Source of the DNA: Candidatus Latescibacterota bacterium
Lineage (GTDB): Bacteria > Krumholzibacteriota > Krumholzibacteriia > WVZY01 > JAKEHA01
Direction: 5' to 3'
DNA: 64,000 nt
Assembly: GCA_963736125.1 (NCBI GenBank)
Contig: CAVTNQ010000005.1
Span: 192,218 to 256,217, forward strand
The notes under the pieces were generated by a model. It was not told the DNA's origin. It saw only the letters and a list, made by a program, of their open reading frames with translations, and made no database searches. Made by a program: the position numbers and the translations under genes. Below are positions 37,478-46,260 of the stretch, one piece after another (the first letter of the stretch is position 1; each line of letters opens with the position of its first letter).

Positions 37478-38886
37478 AGCGGGCTCTGGGCATCGCCGTC
37501 ATTCTTGCGCTCGCGGCCGCTGCACTCGGGCGTGTGGCTCAAGCCCTCCCGCAATATTCGGCGCAGGCGGGTCGCACGTGCGACGACTGCCACATCTTGC
37601 CGGATTGGGACACGCCGAAGTTCGCGAGCCGCAAGCGCAACATGTCGTGTCAGACTTGCCACGTCGACCCGGCGGGCGGCGGCATGCGCACGACGGCGGG
37701 TCGCTACTACGGTCGCGCGACGCTAGCCATGATCGCAACCAGCCCGCGCCCCATGGACGACTGGGATCACAACTTCCCGGGCCTGGGCCGTCGCGACAAG
37801 GCGACGCCATACAACGACTACATGCCGGTTGGCCCGCACAACATCGCGCAAGCCGTCGCTTATCGCGATTCGCTCCACGACAAGTGGGCGTGGGGATTGC
37901 CGAAGGGCGAAACGCCCAACGCGCCCTTCCCGGGACGCTACGCGAAACTCAACCCCGACCCGATTCTGCGCATTGGCGCCGACCTTCGCTTCGCGACGCT
38001 GATCTCACAATCGACGCTCATGTTCCCGATGCAGTTCGACATCGGCACCGTGTTTCATCCCATTCATCACGCGACGGTGCTCATGAACATCGGCGCGCGC
38101 GGCCAGTCGAGCGGCTACTCCGACACCATCGACGACTCGCATTCGCCGTATTTTCGCGAGCTGTTCGCGATGACGAGCGAGTGGCCCTACCAGGCCTACG
38201 CGAAGGCGGGGCGCTTCGTGCCGTCGTTCGGGCTGCGGCTCGACGACCACACCACGCGCACCCGACGCGAGTTCGAGCTCGACGGCTCGTTGCCCGACAC
38301 GCGCGTGCTCGGCGTCGAAGTGGGGGCGGTGGCCAGCTATCCCTTCGTGCAGGCGTCGTACTTCAAGTTGCCTTCGAAGTACCAGGAGCCGGACCCGTGG
38401 GACATCTTCGACGTCGGCGATGGATGGGGCGCTGCGCTCAACACGGGCTGGCGCGATCTCGGGTGGTCCATCGGCGGGAGTGCGATGATTCGACGACGGC
38501 CGCTCGACCAAGGCGGCGACACCGACACGTACGGGCTCTACGGCTCGCTCAACCCGTGGTACTACGCGCAGCGCATTCCGCTGACGCTGCAAGGCGAGAT
38601 CGACTTCGGTACGTTCCAGCGCATCAGCGGCGTGCAAGCCGACAAGCTCGTGTGGTACGGCGAGCTCGACTGGCGAATTTGGAACGGCGTCAACATGCTG
38701 GTCGCGTACGATTGGACCGACCCCGATCGCGACGTGATCGACGATCAATCGGGGCGTTACCAATTCGGCGGACAGCTGGTCATCATTCCGGGTGTGACGC
38801 TCGATGGCCGCGTTCGTTTCCTCGACGTGACCCCTCCCGAAGGCGACGGCACGGATTTCTTCATGCAAATGCACATCTGGTTCTAG
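37468..38886 (+). CDS. Fused cytochrome-porin (Cyc2-like). An N-terminal diheme segment is followed by an outer-membrane beta-barrel.
   Basis: A signal peptide is present. CDDCH and CQTCH fall within the first 65 residues. About 400 aa of alternating amphipathic strands follow. The C-terminus ends ...FFMQMHIWF (OMP signature, terminal Phe). Confidence 0.7.
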   Translation: MQLKRALGIAVILALAAAALGRVAQALPQYSAQAGRTCDDCHILPDWDTPKFASRKRNMSCQTCHVDPAGGGMRTTAGRYYGRATLAMIATSPRPMDDWDHNFPGLGRRDKATPYNDYMPVGPHNIAQAVAYRDSLHDKWAWGLPKGETPNAPFPGRYAKLNPDPILRIGADLRFATLISQSTLMFPMQFDIGTVFHPIHHATVLMNIGARGQSSGYSDTIDDSHSPYFRELFAMTSEWPYQAYAKAGRFVPSFGLRLDDHTTRTRREFELDGSLPDTRVLGVEVGAVASYPFVQASYFKLPSKYQEPDPWDIFDVGDGWGAALNTGWRDLGWSIGGSAMIRRRPLDQGGDTDTYGLYGSLNPWYYAQRIPLTLQGEIDFGTFQRISGVQADKLVWYGELDWRIWNGVNMLVAYDWTDPDRDVIDDQSGRYQFGGQLVIIPGVTLDGRVRFLDVTPPEGDGTDFFMQMHIWF

Positions 38887-39030
38887 CGCGCGCCGCTGCG
38901 ATCTACCTCACATCTGAGCCGACACAAGGGTTGCACAGGCCCCCGTCGCGGTGGTACGTTCGTGCGGCGAAAAAACATATCCACAGACATCTCAACGGAG
39001 GAATCATGAGAAGAATCGCCGTATACGCGA

Positions 39031-39681
39031 TTGGTTATCGCGACAGCGGTGGCGAGTGTGAGTTGCAGCAGCATGAGCAATACGCAGAAGGGTGCGGCGG
39101 GCGGTGCGGCCGCCGGCGGTGCCATCGGCGCTGTGATCGGCCACCAGTCGGGTAACACGGCGGTGGGCGCGATCATCGGCGCGGCCGTGGGTGGCGCGGC
39201 GGGCGCCTACATCGGCCACTACATGGACAAGCAGGCCGAAGAAATTCAGCGCGACCTCGCGGGTGCCAAGGTCGAGCGCATCGGCGAAGGGATCAAGATC
39301 ACCTTCGACTCGGGATTGTTGTTCGACCGCAACAAGTCCATCTTGAAGCCGGCCAGCAAAGAAAACCTGACCAAGCTGGCCGTGACCTTGAACAAGTATC
39401 CCGACACCGACATTCTGCTGGAGGGACACACCGACTCCGACGGAACCGTAGAGCACAACATGGAGCTCTCGCAGCGACGCGCGAATTCCGTGGCGGTGTT
39501 CTTGTCGTCGAAACAAGTGATGGAGACGCGCTTCACCACCATGGCGTACGGCGAATCGCAGCCGATCGCCGATAACGGAACCTCCGCGGGCAGGGCGCAG
39601 AATCGCCGCGTCGAAGTCGCGATCTATGCCAACGACAAGCTCAAGAAGGAAGCGGCCAAGAAGGCCGACACGGGCGGATAG
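39031..39681 (+). CDS. OmpA-family lipoprotein (OmpA-like peptidoglycan-binding domain).
   Basis: TTG start. ...ASVSCSS is the lipobox. There is a Gly-rich linker. FDSGLLFDRNKSILKP...LLEGHTDSDG...NRRVEV are OmpA_C motifs. Confidence 0.8.
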   Translation: MVIATAVASVSCSSMSNTQKGAAGGAAAGGAIGAVIGHQSGNTAVGAIIGAAVGGAAGAYIGHYMDKQAEEIQRDLAGAKVERIGEGIKITFDSGLLFDRNKSILKPASKENLTKLAVTLNKYPDTDILLEGHTDSDGTVEHNMELSQRRANSVAVFLSSKQVMETRFTTMAYGESQPIADNGTSAGRAQNRRVEVAIYANDKLKKEAAKKADTGG

Positions 39682-39686
39682 TCGAC

Positions 39687-40346
39687 GTGATGGAAGCGAC
39701 GCAAGCCAACGAGAGGATCGAACGTACCGTCCGCGACGTGCTCGCGGACGGCGTGTTTCTCTGCGTTCGTTTGGGCGCGGGAGCACCGATCGTCGACGCA
39801 TGCCGGGCCGCGGTGCGCGGCGGATTGTCGGTGCTCGAAATCACGCTGACGACGCCGGGTGCGTTGCAAGCCATGGCGACGCTCGCGCGCGACGGCAATG
39901 CCATCGTGGGAGGCGGGACGGTGCTCACGCGCGACGACGTTCGTGCGGTGGCGGAAGCGGGTGGACGTTTTGCACTCTCGCCCGTGTTCGACCCTGACGT
40001 CGTCGACGAATCGCACCGACTGGGTCTTCTAGCCGTCCCGGGGACGTCGACCGCGACGGAGATCCTGGCCGCGCACCGGTCGGGTGCGCGTTTGGTGAAG
40101 GTCTTTCCCGCCGCTGCGCTGGGAGGTCCCGCCTACCTGCGGGCGATTCGCGGCCCGCTTCCCGATATCCCCTTGGTTCCCACCAACGGGATCACAGCGG
40201 AGACCATTCGCGATTATGTCGCTGCGGGAGCAGTGGCGGTCGGTGTCGGCGCAGATGTGTTCCCGCCCGGATTCACGCTCGACCACGTCCAAAACGCCGC
40301 GCGCCGCATCCGCGATGCCATGGATGCGGCGCGTCGTTCGCGCTAA
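39687..40346 (+). CDS. eda: KDPG/KHG aldolase (Eda).
   Basis: VLEITLTTPGA...LVKVFPA...LVPTNGIT are typical of Eda. Confidence 0.85.
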   Translation: MMEATQANERIERTVRDVLADGVFLCVRLGAGAPIVDACRAAVRGGLSVLEITLTTPGALQAMATLARDGNAIVGGGTVLTRDDVRAVAEAGGRFALSPVFDPDVVDESHRLGLLAVPGTSTATEILAAHRSGARLVKVFPAAALGGPAYLRAIRGPLPDIPLVPTNGITAETIRDYVAAGAVAVGVGADVFPPGFTLDHVQNAARRIRDAMDAARRSR

Positions 40347-40351
40347 CTACT

Positions 40352-40543
40352 TCACGCCGGCTTGGCGTCGTCCGGTGGTTGGGAATCGGGCGGCAGCGAA
40401 ATCCCGCGCCGTTTCCGCAGCGCCTCGCGCAAGAGATACTCGATTTGCCCGTTCAGGCTGCGCAGGTCGTCGCGCGCCCAGCGATTGAGCTCTTCGAGCA
40501 ACTCCTCCGGAAGTCGGACTAGAAAAGATTTTCTTCCGGACAT
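40352..40543 (-). CDS. Ribbon-helix-helix (Arc/MetJ/CopG-like) small DNA-binding protein.
   Basis: 63 aa. KSFLVRLPEELLEELNRWA forms the RHH beta-strand plus helix. Confidence 0.6.
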   Translation of the reverse strand: MSGRKSFLVRLPEELLEELNRWARDDLRSLNGQIEYLLREALRKRRGISLPPDSQPPDDAKPA

Positions 40544-40557
40544 GGCTGCTCACGTAC

Positions 40558-41433
40558 CTACGAGTATATCGTGCCCGTGTTGACGACCGGCTGCGCCGAC
40601 CGGTCGCCGCACAAGACGACCAGCAAATTGCTGACCATGGCCGCGCGACGCTCGTCGTCCAACTTGACCGTCGAACGCTTGTCGAGACGTTCGAGCGCCA
40701 TCTCGACCATACCGACCGCACCGTCGACGATGCGCGTGCGCGCGGCGACGATCGCTTCCGCCTGCTGGCGTTGCAGCATGGCATGCGCGATTTCGGGTGC
40801 ATAGGCGAGGTGGCTCAGGCGCGCCTCGTCGATCTTGACGCCGGCCAGTATCACGCGATCCTGCAGCTCCTTCGTGAGCGACTCGGAGACTTCGTCCATG
40901 CTACCGCGCAAGGACTTCTGGCCTTCTTCGGTGGTGTCGTACGGGTACGCGCTAGCGAGGTGACGCAACGCCGACTCGCTCTGCACTGTCACGTAGTGCA
41001 CGAATTCGTCGACATCGAAGATGGCCTGCGCGGTGTTGGTAACGCGCCACACGATCACGGCGGCGATCTCGATGGGATTGCCTCGCAAGTCGTTCACCTT
41101 GATGTGCTCGTGGTTCATGTTGCGCGCGCGCAGCGAGACACGCGTCTTGCTCAAGAACGGATTGGCCCAGTGAAAGCCGCTCGTCTTGACCGTGCCGGAG
41201 TAGTGGCCGAAGAGGACGAGCACCGCAGCCATGTTGGGCTGGAGTGCGAAGAACCCGCCGAGCAACGCCGCCCACACCATCATGGCGAGAGCCCAGGTGA
41301 TGATGAACGCGGCGGTCGGACCGCTCTGGATAATCTCGATGAACCAGAGCGCCAGTCCGACGCCCGCTCCCAGCAACAGGACCAGCATCGCCCAGCCGTT
41401 CATGGTTCTGACTTCATGTTCTCTTGTGATCAT
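40558..41433 (-). CDS. SPFH/Band-7 domain protein (stomatin/HflK-C-like).
   Basis: An N-terminal TM is present. The SPFH core is [12 protein letters not shown]...[21 protein letters not shown]. Confidence 0.85.
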   Translation of the reverse strand: MITREHEVRTMNGWAMLVLLLGAGVGLALWFIEIIQSGPTAAFIITWALAMMVWAALLGGFFALQPNMAAVLVLFGHYSGTVKTSGFHWANPFLSKTRVSLRARNMNHEHIKVNDLRGNPIEIAAVIVWRVTNTAQAIFDVDEFVHYVTVQSESALRHLASAYPYDTTEEGQKSLRGSMDEVSESLTKELQDRVILAGVKIDEARLSHLAYAPEIAHAMLQRQQAEAIVAARTRIVDGAVGMVEMALERLDKRSTVKLDDERRAAMVSNLLVVLCGDRSAQPVVNTGTIYS

Positions 41434-41473
41434 TGGGGACCTCCTTCAGCGAAAGATAGCGTAACTATATCAG

Positions 41474-41485
41474 TATGATATCATA
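41474..41485. promoter_or_regulatory. Perfect palindrome TATGATATCATA in the AT-richer promoter region of the SPFH-RHH operon.
   Basis: I read it directly from the sequence. It lies 40-50 bp upstream of the SPFH start. Confidence 0.35.
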
Positions 41486-41537
41486 CGGTCAAGGAGAATT
41501 TCGGGGTGAGTAACTCGCTTTGAGAATGTCGGTTAGC

Positions 41538-42374
41538 CTAGACCCAGAGGATGTCGAGGTTGGGAAGAGCCGTGAGAAGGCCGCGCTTCACGGCCCGAGA
41601 GTAGAGAGTCTCGAGAGCCCTTCGACCCTCGTCTCCCATGTCGACGGTGTCGTCGTTCACGTACATGCGGACGAACTTGCGGCAGACCTCGCGTTCGACG
41701 CCCCGCCCGAACTGCATCGCGTAGTCGACCGCGTCCTCTTCTTCGCTGTGCGCGAGCTGAATACTCTGCTTGAGCGCCCGCGCGACGGCGTCCATGGTGG
41801 CACTGCCGAGGCCGCGTCGAACGACGTCGAGGCCGAGCGGGATCGGGAGTCCGGTGTCTTCCGTCCACGCCGCTCCCAGATCGACGACGACCTGGAGCCC
41901 GCTCGAAGGCCACGTGAGCTGGCCTTCGTGGATGACGATCCCCGCGTCGACCTCGCCGCTCGCGACGGCTCCCATAATCTTATCGAAGTCCATCATGACG
42001 GGCGTGATCTCGCCGGGGACATAGAGTCGAAACAGGAGGTAAGCGGTCGTGCGCGGACCCGGCACCGCGACGCGCCGGCCGGCGAGTTCGGAGACCGAAT
42101 AGGGTTCGCGAGCGAGCACGATCGGGCCGTAGCGACGGCCCACCGACGCCCCGCACGACATGATTCGATATAGGTGCTGGATCTCGGGGTAGGCCGCGGC
42201 CGAGATCGCCGTCACGTCCAGCTCCGCTCCGTGCGCGCGTCGATTCAGCGTCTCGATGTCGTCGAGCACGTGGTCGACCCGATAGCCCGGAACGGCGACA
42301 CGCCCCGACGCGAGGCCGTAGAACATGAATGCGTCGTCGGCGTCGGGACTATGACCGATGGAAAGCGTTTTCAT
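41538..42374 (-). CDS. mqnD: 1,4-dihydroxy-6-naphthoate synthase MqnD (futalosine pathway).
   Basis: LSIGHSPDADDAFMFYGL is the hallmark MqnD N-terminus. 278 aa. Confidence 0.9.
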   Translation of the reverse strand: MKTLSIGHSPDADDAFMFYGLASGRVAVPGYRVDHVLDDIETLNRRAHGAELDVTAISAAAYPEIQHLYRIMSCGASVGRRYGPIVLAREPYSVSELAGRRVAVPGPRTTAYLLFRLYVPGEITPVMMDFDKIMGAVASGEVDAGIVIHEGQLTWPSSGLQVVVDLGAAWTEDTGLPIPLGLDVVRRGLGSATMDAVARALKQSIQLAHSEEEDAVDYAMQFGRGVEREVCRKFVRMYVNDDTVDMGDEGRRALETLYSRAVKRGLLTALPNLDILWV

Positions 42375-42386
42375 CTGAATCGAGAA

Positions 42387-42950
42387 TCAGTTGGAGACTT
42401 GGAACCAAGATGCCGCGACGACGTGCTTCTCGGCGGCGCCTTCCAAAGCCTCGATTTCGAGCGTGTAGTCGCCCGGGGGAAAATGCCGCGAGAACAACCG
42501 CAACATGAACCGGCCTTCGGTGAAGTACGACACGGGAACGTCGTCGCGAAACTTCTCGCCGCCATCCGTACCGCGAATGACGACTTCGCGCTCCGTGTCC
42601 TGCCGCGGAAGGTAGTCCAGATCCACGCCGACCACCAAGTGGTCGATTCCCTTGAGGTCGAGAACGGCGTCGTACGTTTGCGCAGGACGCACGGCACCGT
42701 CCGAGCCGGCCAGCCGAATCGGAAGGTCCTGAAGTGGGTCGCGCGAATCCACCACGTCGACCGAAGCCCACTCCGCCACACGCCGCACGGACACGATCTC
42801 GAGCACGATCAGCGCCGCCACGACGGCCCCCAGGACCGCCAAACCGATCGTCACGTTGCGACGCCCCCCCGGCACGCGGTCGGCGAGCTCGTCCATCCAG
42901 GGCCGGGTCGGTCGAGCGGACGCGTGCGAGGCGATGCGCCGGGTAGTCAT
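42387..42950 (-). CDS. Hypothetical membrane-anchored protein, co-transcribed upstream of mqnD.
   Basis: 187 aa. VTIGLAVLGAVVAALIVLEIV forms the anchor. There is a 13-bp gap to mqnD. Confidence 0.5.
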   Translation of the reverse strand: MTTRRIASHASARPTRPWMDELADRVPGGRRNVTIGLAVLGAVVAALIVLEIVSVRRVAEWASVDVVDSRDPLQDLPIRLAGSDGAVRPAQTYDAVLDLKGIDHLVVGVDLDYLPRQDTEREVVIRGTDGGEKFRDDVPVSYFTEGRFMLRLFSRHFPPGDYTLEIEALEGAAEKHVVAASWFQVSN

Positions 42951-42984
42951 GCCGTGATGCTAACACACGTGGTACGATCGCGTC

Positions 42985-43635
42985 ATGCCGCCCGAAGCGC
43001 GTCCGACCGGCTCCTCCCTCCCGAGCACGATTCGCGTCTTGGGGATCGCAGGGCCATCGGGGTCGGGAAAGACCACCCTCGCGCACGCGGTGGCAACACG
43101 CTGTGACGGCGTCGTCTTCGCGCTCGACGCCTACTACCACGACCAGCGCGATGTCGACGAGTCCGCGATCAACGTCGACGTTCCCGAAGCGATCGACGTG
43201 GCGCTCGCGCTCGAACATCTGCGCGGGCTCGTCGCCGGCCGAACGGTCGACCAGCCCGTCTACGATTTCGCCACCCACGCTCGCACCGACGAGACTCGCG
43301 CACTCGCACCGGCACGGTTCGTTTTCGTCGAGGGACTGTTCGCGCTTTACTGGCCGGAATTGCGCGCGTTGATGCATGCGCGGGTCTTCGTCGACCTCGA
43401 CCACGACGAATGCCTGCGTCGGCGCATCGATCGCGACGTGCGGCAACGCGGCCGCACGCGCGCCGAAGTCACCTCGCAGTACGAGCGCAAGGTGCGCCCG
43501 ATGTACGAGCGCCACGTGGAGCCGACGCGACGCCACGCGGACGTCGTACTCGATGGGTGCCTCGATCTCCATCGCTTGGTCGAAGGGCTTGCGGACGCCC
43601 TCGCGCGTCAATTGCCCGGTGACGGACGGCGATAG
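42985..43635 (+). CDS. udk: Uridine kinase.
   Basis: The P-loop is GIAGPSGSGKTTLA. The layout is Udk/PRK-family. Confidence 0.85.
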   Translation: MPPEARPTGSSLPSTIRVLGIAGPSGSGKTTLAHAVATRCDGVVFALDAYYHDQRDVDESAINVDVPEAIDVALALEHLRGLVAGRTVDQPVYDFATHARTDETRALAPARFVFVEGLFALYWPELRALMHARVFVDLDHDECLRRRIDRDVRQRGRTRAEVTSQYERKVRPMYERHVEPTRRHADVVLDGCLDLHRLVEGLADALARQLPGDGRR

Positions 43636-43639
43636 ATAG

Positions 43640-44128
43640 AAAAACAAAAGGCCCTCCGGGGAGGACCCTTCGTTGGTGCTTCGGAAGGAAGGGTGTTGCG
43701 AGCGGGTCGGTTACGGAACGAGAACGTGTTCCGCGGTAGGTCGTTCGTCGATCAACCGCCGCCCGGCCAAATAGACCGGAGAATCCGGAGTTCGCTGCGT
43801 AAGGCCCGCCGAGAGATGCTGGTGCCACGCGGTACCGAACGATGGCGCGGGGCTCGCCGTGCGTGATGTCACTTTTTGATGTCCGAGCCCACTAGGTCAT
43901 CGAATTCGAAGCAAATCGGCTGCTAGTACCACCGGCTTCACCGCACTGCAGGACGCTCACGATCTACTCCACCGGGAGCGGCTTCGCTTAGTGGATCCGG
44001 ACGCGAGGGAGGGATTGACGGTTCGGTCATATCTGGGCTTCCTCGCAGTCCGGATCGCTAATCCGTGACGAACCCTGTTACAGGATTCGATATGCGAGGG
44101 AGTCTAGACGGGGAGTGTGAACCGAAAA
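43640..44128. other. ORF-poor, lower-GC 490-bp gap between convergent genes. Candidate small RNA locus.
   Basis: There is no credible ORF. It contains CGGAAGGAAG (a 10-mer identical to the SRP RNA domain-IV core) near 43672 and GUCCGAGCCC near 43885. The class is not assigned. Confidence 0.3.
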
Positions 44129-45277
44129 TTAAGCGGAAATGAAATTGCGGCGCATACGGGCCACAATGCCGGGAATCTGCTCGATACAGTAGCCGATCTC
44201 GTCCTCGGTGGTCAGCGCGGAGAGGGAGAAGCGTAGCGACGAGCCCGCTTCCTCCGGGGACAGCCCCATCGCGGCCAGCACGTGCGACGGGAGCCCCGCG
44301 CCCGACTTGCAGGCCGAGCCGGCCGAGACGCAAATGCCGACTTCGTCGAGGAGCACCAAGAGCGCGTTGCCGTCGACGCCGAGAAAACCCAAGCTCGAGG
44401 TATTGGGCAGTCGCTCCGACGCCCCCCCGTTGACGAACGAATCCGGGATGCGCTCGAGCAACTCGGTTTCCAAACGGTCGCGCAGTCGACGCACTTCGGT
44501 CTGGTAGTGCGCGAGATGGGATTCGGCGAAGTCGCACGCAGCCGCCATCGCGACGATCCCCGCCACGTTCTCGGTGCCGGGGCGTCGATTGCGCTCCTGC
44601 CCGCCGCCGAGGAACACGGGCGCCCAGCGCGTGCCTTTGCGCACCACCAAGACACCCACACCCTTCGGTCCGTGGAACTTGTGCGCCGAGAACGAGACCA
44701 AGTCGGCGCCGAACGTCTTGAGATCGATCGGAACCTTGCCCACGCCCTGCACGCAATCGACATGCAGCGGAATGCCGCGCTCATGCACGATCTCCCCGAT
44801 ACGATCGATGGGAAAGATGACGCCGGTCTCGTTATTCGCGAACATCGTCGAGACCAGCGCGGTGTCGTCGCGCAACGAATCGCGCAGCTCGTCGAGATTG
44901 ATGCGGCCCCCGCGATCCACCGGGAGCACGGTCACGTCGTAGCCGAGCGAACCCATGCGCTTGACCGGATTGATCACGGCGGAATGTTCGACCGCGGTCG
45001 TGACGAGGTGGCGGCCCTTGGCCGCGTCGAGCACCCCGCGCAGCGCGATGTTGTTCGACTCGGTGCCGCAGCTCGTGAAGATGACCTCGGCGTCCGTGCA
45101 GCCGAGAAATGCGGCCATGCGCGCGCGCGCGTCGCGCACCGCCGACGCCGGTTTGTCGCCCATGTGGTGCGGGCTCGACGGGTTGCCGTAGTACTCGGTA
45201 AAGTACGGCCGCATGGCGTCGAAGACGGACGGGACGACGGGTGTCGTGGCGTTGTTGTCGAGATAAATGGTGCGCAT
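44129..45277 (-). CDS. Cysteine desulfurase (NifS/IscS family, PLP-dependent).
   Basis: IYLDNNATTP...SFSAHKFHGPKGVGVL (PLP Lys)...SAGSACKSG (active-site Cys loop). Confidence 0.9.
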   Translation of the reverse strand: MRTIYLDNNATTPVVPSVFDAMRPYFTEYYGNPSSPHHMGDKPASAVRDARARMAAFLGCTDAEVIFTSCGTESNNIALRGVLDAAKGRHLVTTAVEHSAVINPVKRMGSLGYDVTVLPVDRGGRINLDELRDSLRDDTALVSTMFANNETGVIFPIDRIGEIVHERGIPLHVDCVQGVGKVPIDLKTFGADLVSFSAHKFHGPKGVGVLVVRKGTRWAPVFLGGGQERNRRPGTENVAGIVAMAAACDFAESHLAHYQTEVRRLRDRLETELLERIPDSFVNGGASERLPNTSSLGFLGVDGNALLVLLDEVGICVSAGSACKSGAGLPSHVLAAMGLSPEEAGSSLRFSLSALTTEDEIGYCIEQIPGIVARMRRNFISA

Positions 45278-45392
45278 GGCGGTCATGCGGCCCGCGCTTG
45301 TACGCGGGTGCCGCATGGTGCTATTTTAGGCCGCGAGCGACCGCGGCACAATCGCAAAAGCGGCGCACGAACGCCACCTAAGATCGACGATC

Positions 45393-45950
45393 ATGAGCGA
45401 GTCTTCCGAGAAGAAAAAGAATCCCAAGGGCCGCCGCGTCGGCCTGGTCATCATCCATACCGGTAACGGGAAGGGAAAGACCACGGCGGCTATCGGGACC
45501 GCCTTTCGCGCCGTCGGTGTAGGGTTCAAGGTGAAGATGATCCAGTTCATCAAGGGCTCGTGGGACTACGGCGAGCTGCATTCCGCGCAGAAGCTCGGCA
45601 ACTTCGAGATCGTCCCGATGGGCGAGGGCTTCACGTGGGAGACCAAGGACCGCGAGCGCGACACGGCGGTGGCGTGGAAGGCGTGGGAAGCGTGCCGTGA
45701 CGCCATCGAAGAGAATCGGCACGACCTCTTGATCTTCGACGAGATCAACAACGCGATCCACTACGGCTATCTCGACGTGCGCGCGGTAATCGACGCCCTG
45801 GCCAAGAAGCCGACGGAGATGCACATCATCCTGACCGGCCGCGATGCACACCCAGACCTCGTCGACGTCGCCGACTTGGTGACGGAGATGCGCGAGATCA
45901 AACACCCGTTCCACCGCGGCATCTACGCCCAGCGGGGAATCGAGTACTGA
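45393..45950 (+). CDS. cobO: Cob(I)yrinic acid a,c-diamide adenosyltransferase (CobO/BtuR type).
   Basis: The P-loop is HTGNGKGKTTAAIG. ILDEINNAIHYGYL is characteristic. Confidence 0.85.
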   Translation: MSESSEKKKNPKGRRVGLVIIHTGNGKGKTTAAIGTAFRAVGVGFKVKMIQFIKGSWDYGELHSAQKLGNFEIVPMGEGFTWETKDRERDTAVAWKAWEACRDAIEENRHDLLIFDEINNAIHYGYLDVRAVIDALAKKPTEMHIILTGRDAHPDLVDVADLVTEMREIKHPFHRGIYAQRGIEY

Positions 45951-45951
45951 G

Positions 45952-46131
45952 CTAAAACAGCGCGTAGATGAACGGCGCCAGCGCGGATCCTTCGGTGAAG
46001 ACGATCAGCACGCCGAGCAGAACCAGGAAAATCATGATGGGGCCGAGCCACCACTTCTTGCGAACCTTCATAAAGGCCCAGAGTTCGCCGAAGATCGAAA
46101 AACGGCCCTTCATGTCCTGCCACATACCCAT
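45952..46131 (-). CDS. Small membrane protein (DUF5989-like).
   Basis: An AGGAG RBS is 7 nt upstream. MGMWQDMKGRFSIFGELWAFMKVRKKWWLGPIMIFLVLLG. 59 aa. Confidence 0.5.
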   Translation of the reverse strand: MGMWQDMKGRFSIFGELWAFMKVRKKWWLGPIMIFLVLLGVLIVFTEGSALAPFIYALF

Positions 46132-46260
46132 GAGATGCTCCTGAGCGGGTCTAGAGGTAAGGTGGCCGCGCGACAGCGCGGCATTCCGTGCCAACGATTA
46201 TAGTGCATGAGGAAGCCTGAAGTCTACCCGGCAGGGTAGCGTGAAGTTCCAGGAGGAAAA

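Noticed and set aside
42349-43647. 432-aa minus-strand ORF
   Set aside because: It is antisense to the uridine kinase gene, which has a clear P-loop, and to the upstream hypothetical gene. Its composition is Arg/Gly-rich.
43640-44128. Attempted assignment of the ORF-free gap to tmRNA, RNase P RNA or SRP RNA
   Set aside because: Only short motif matches were found: a CGGAAGGAAG 10-mer and GUCCGAGCCC. The defining elements of each family are absent. I therefore kept it as an unclassified candidate rather than an RNA gene call.
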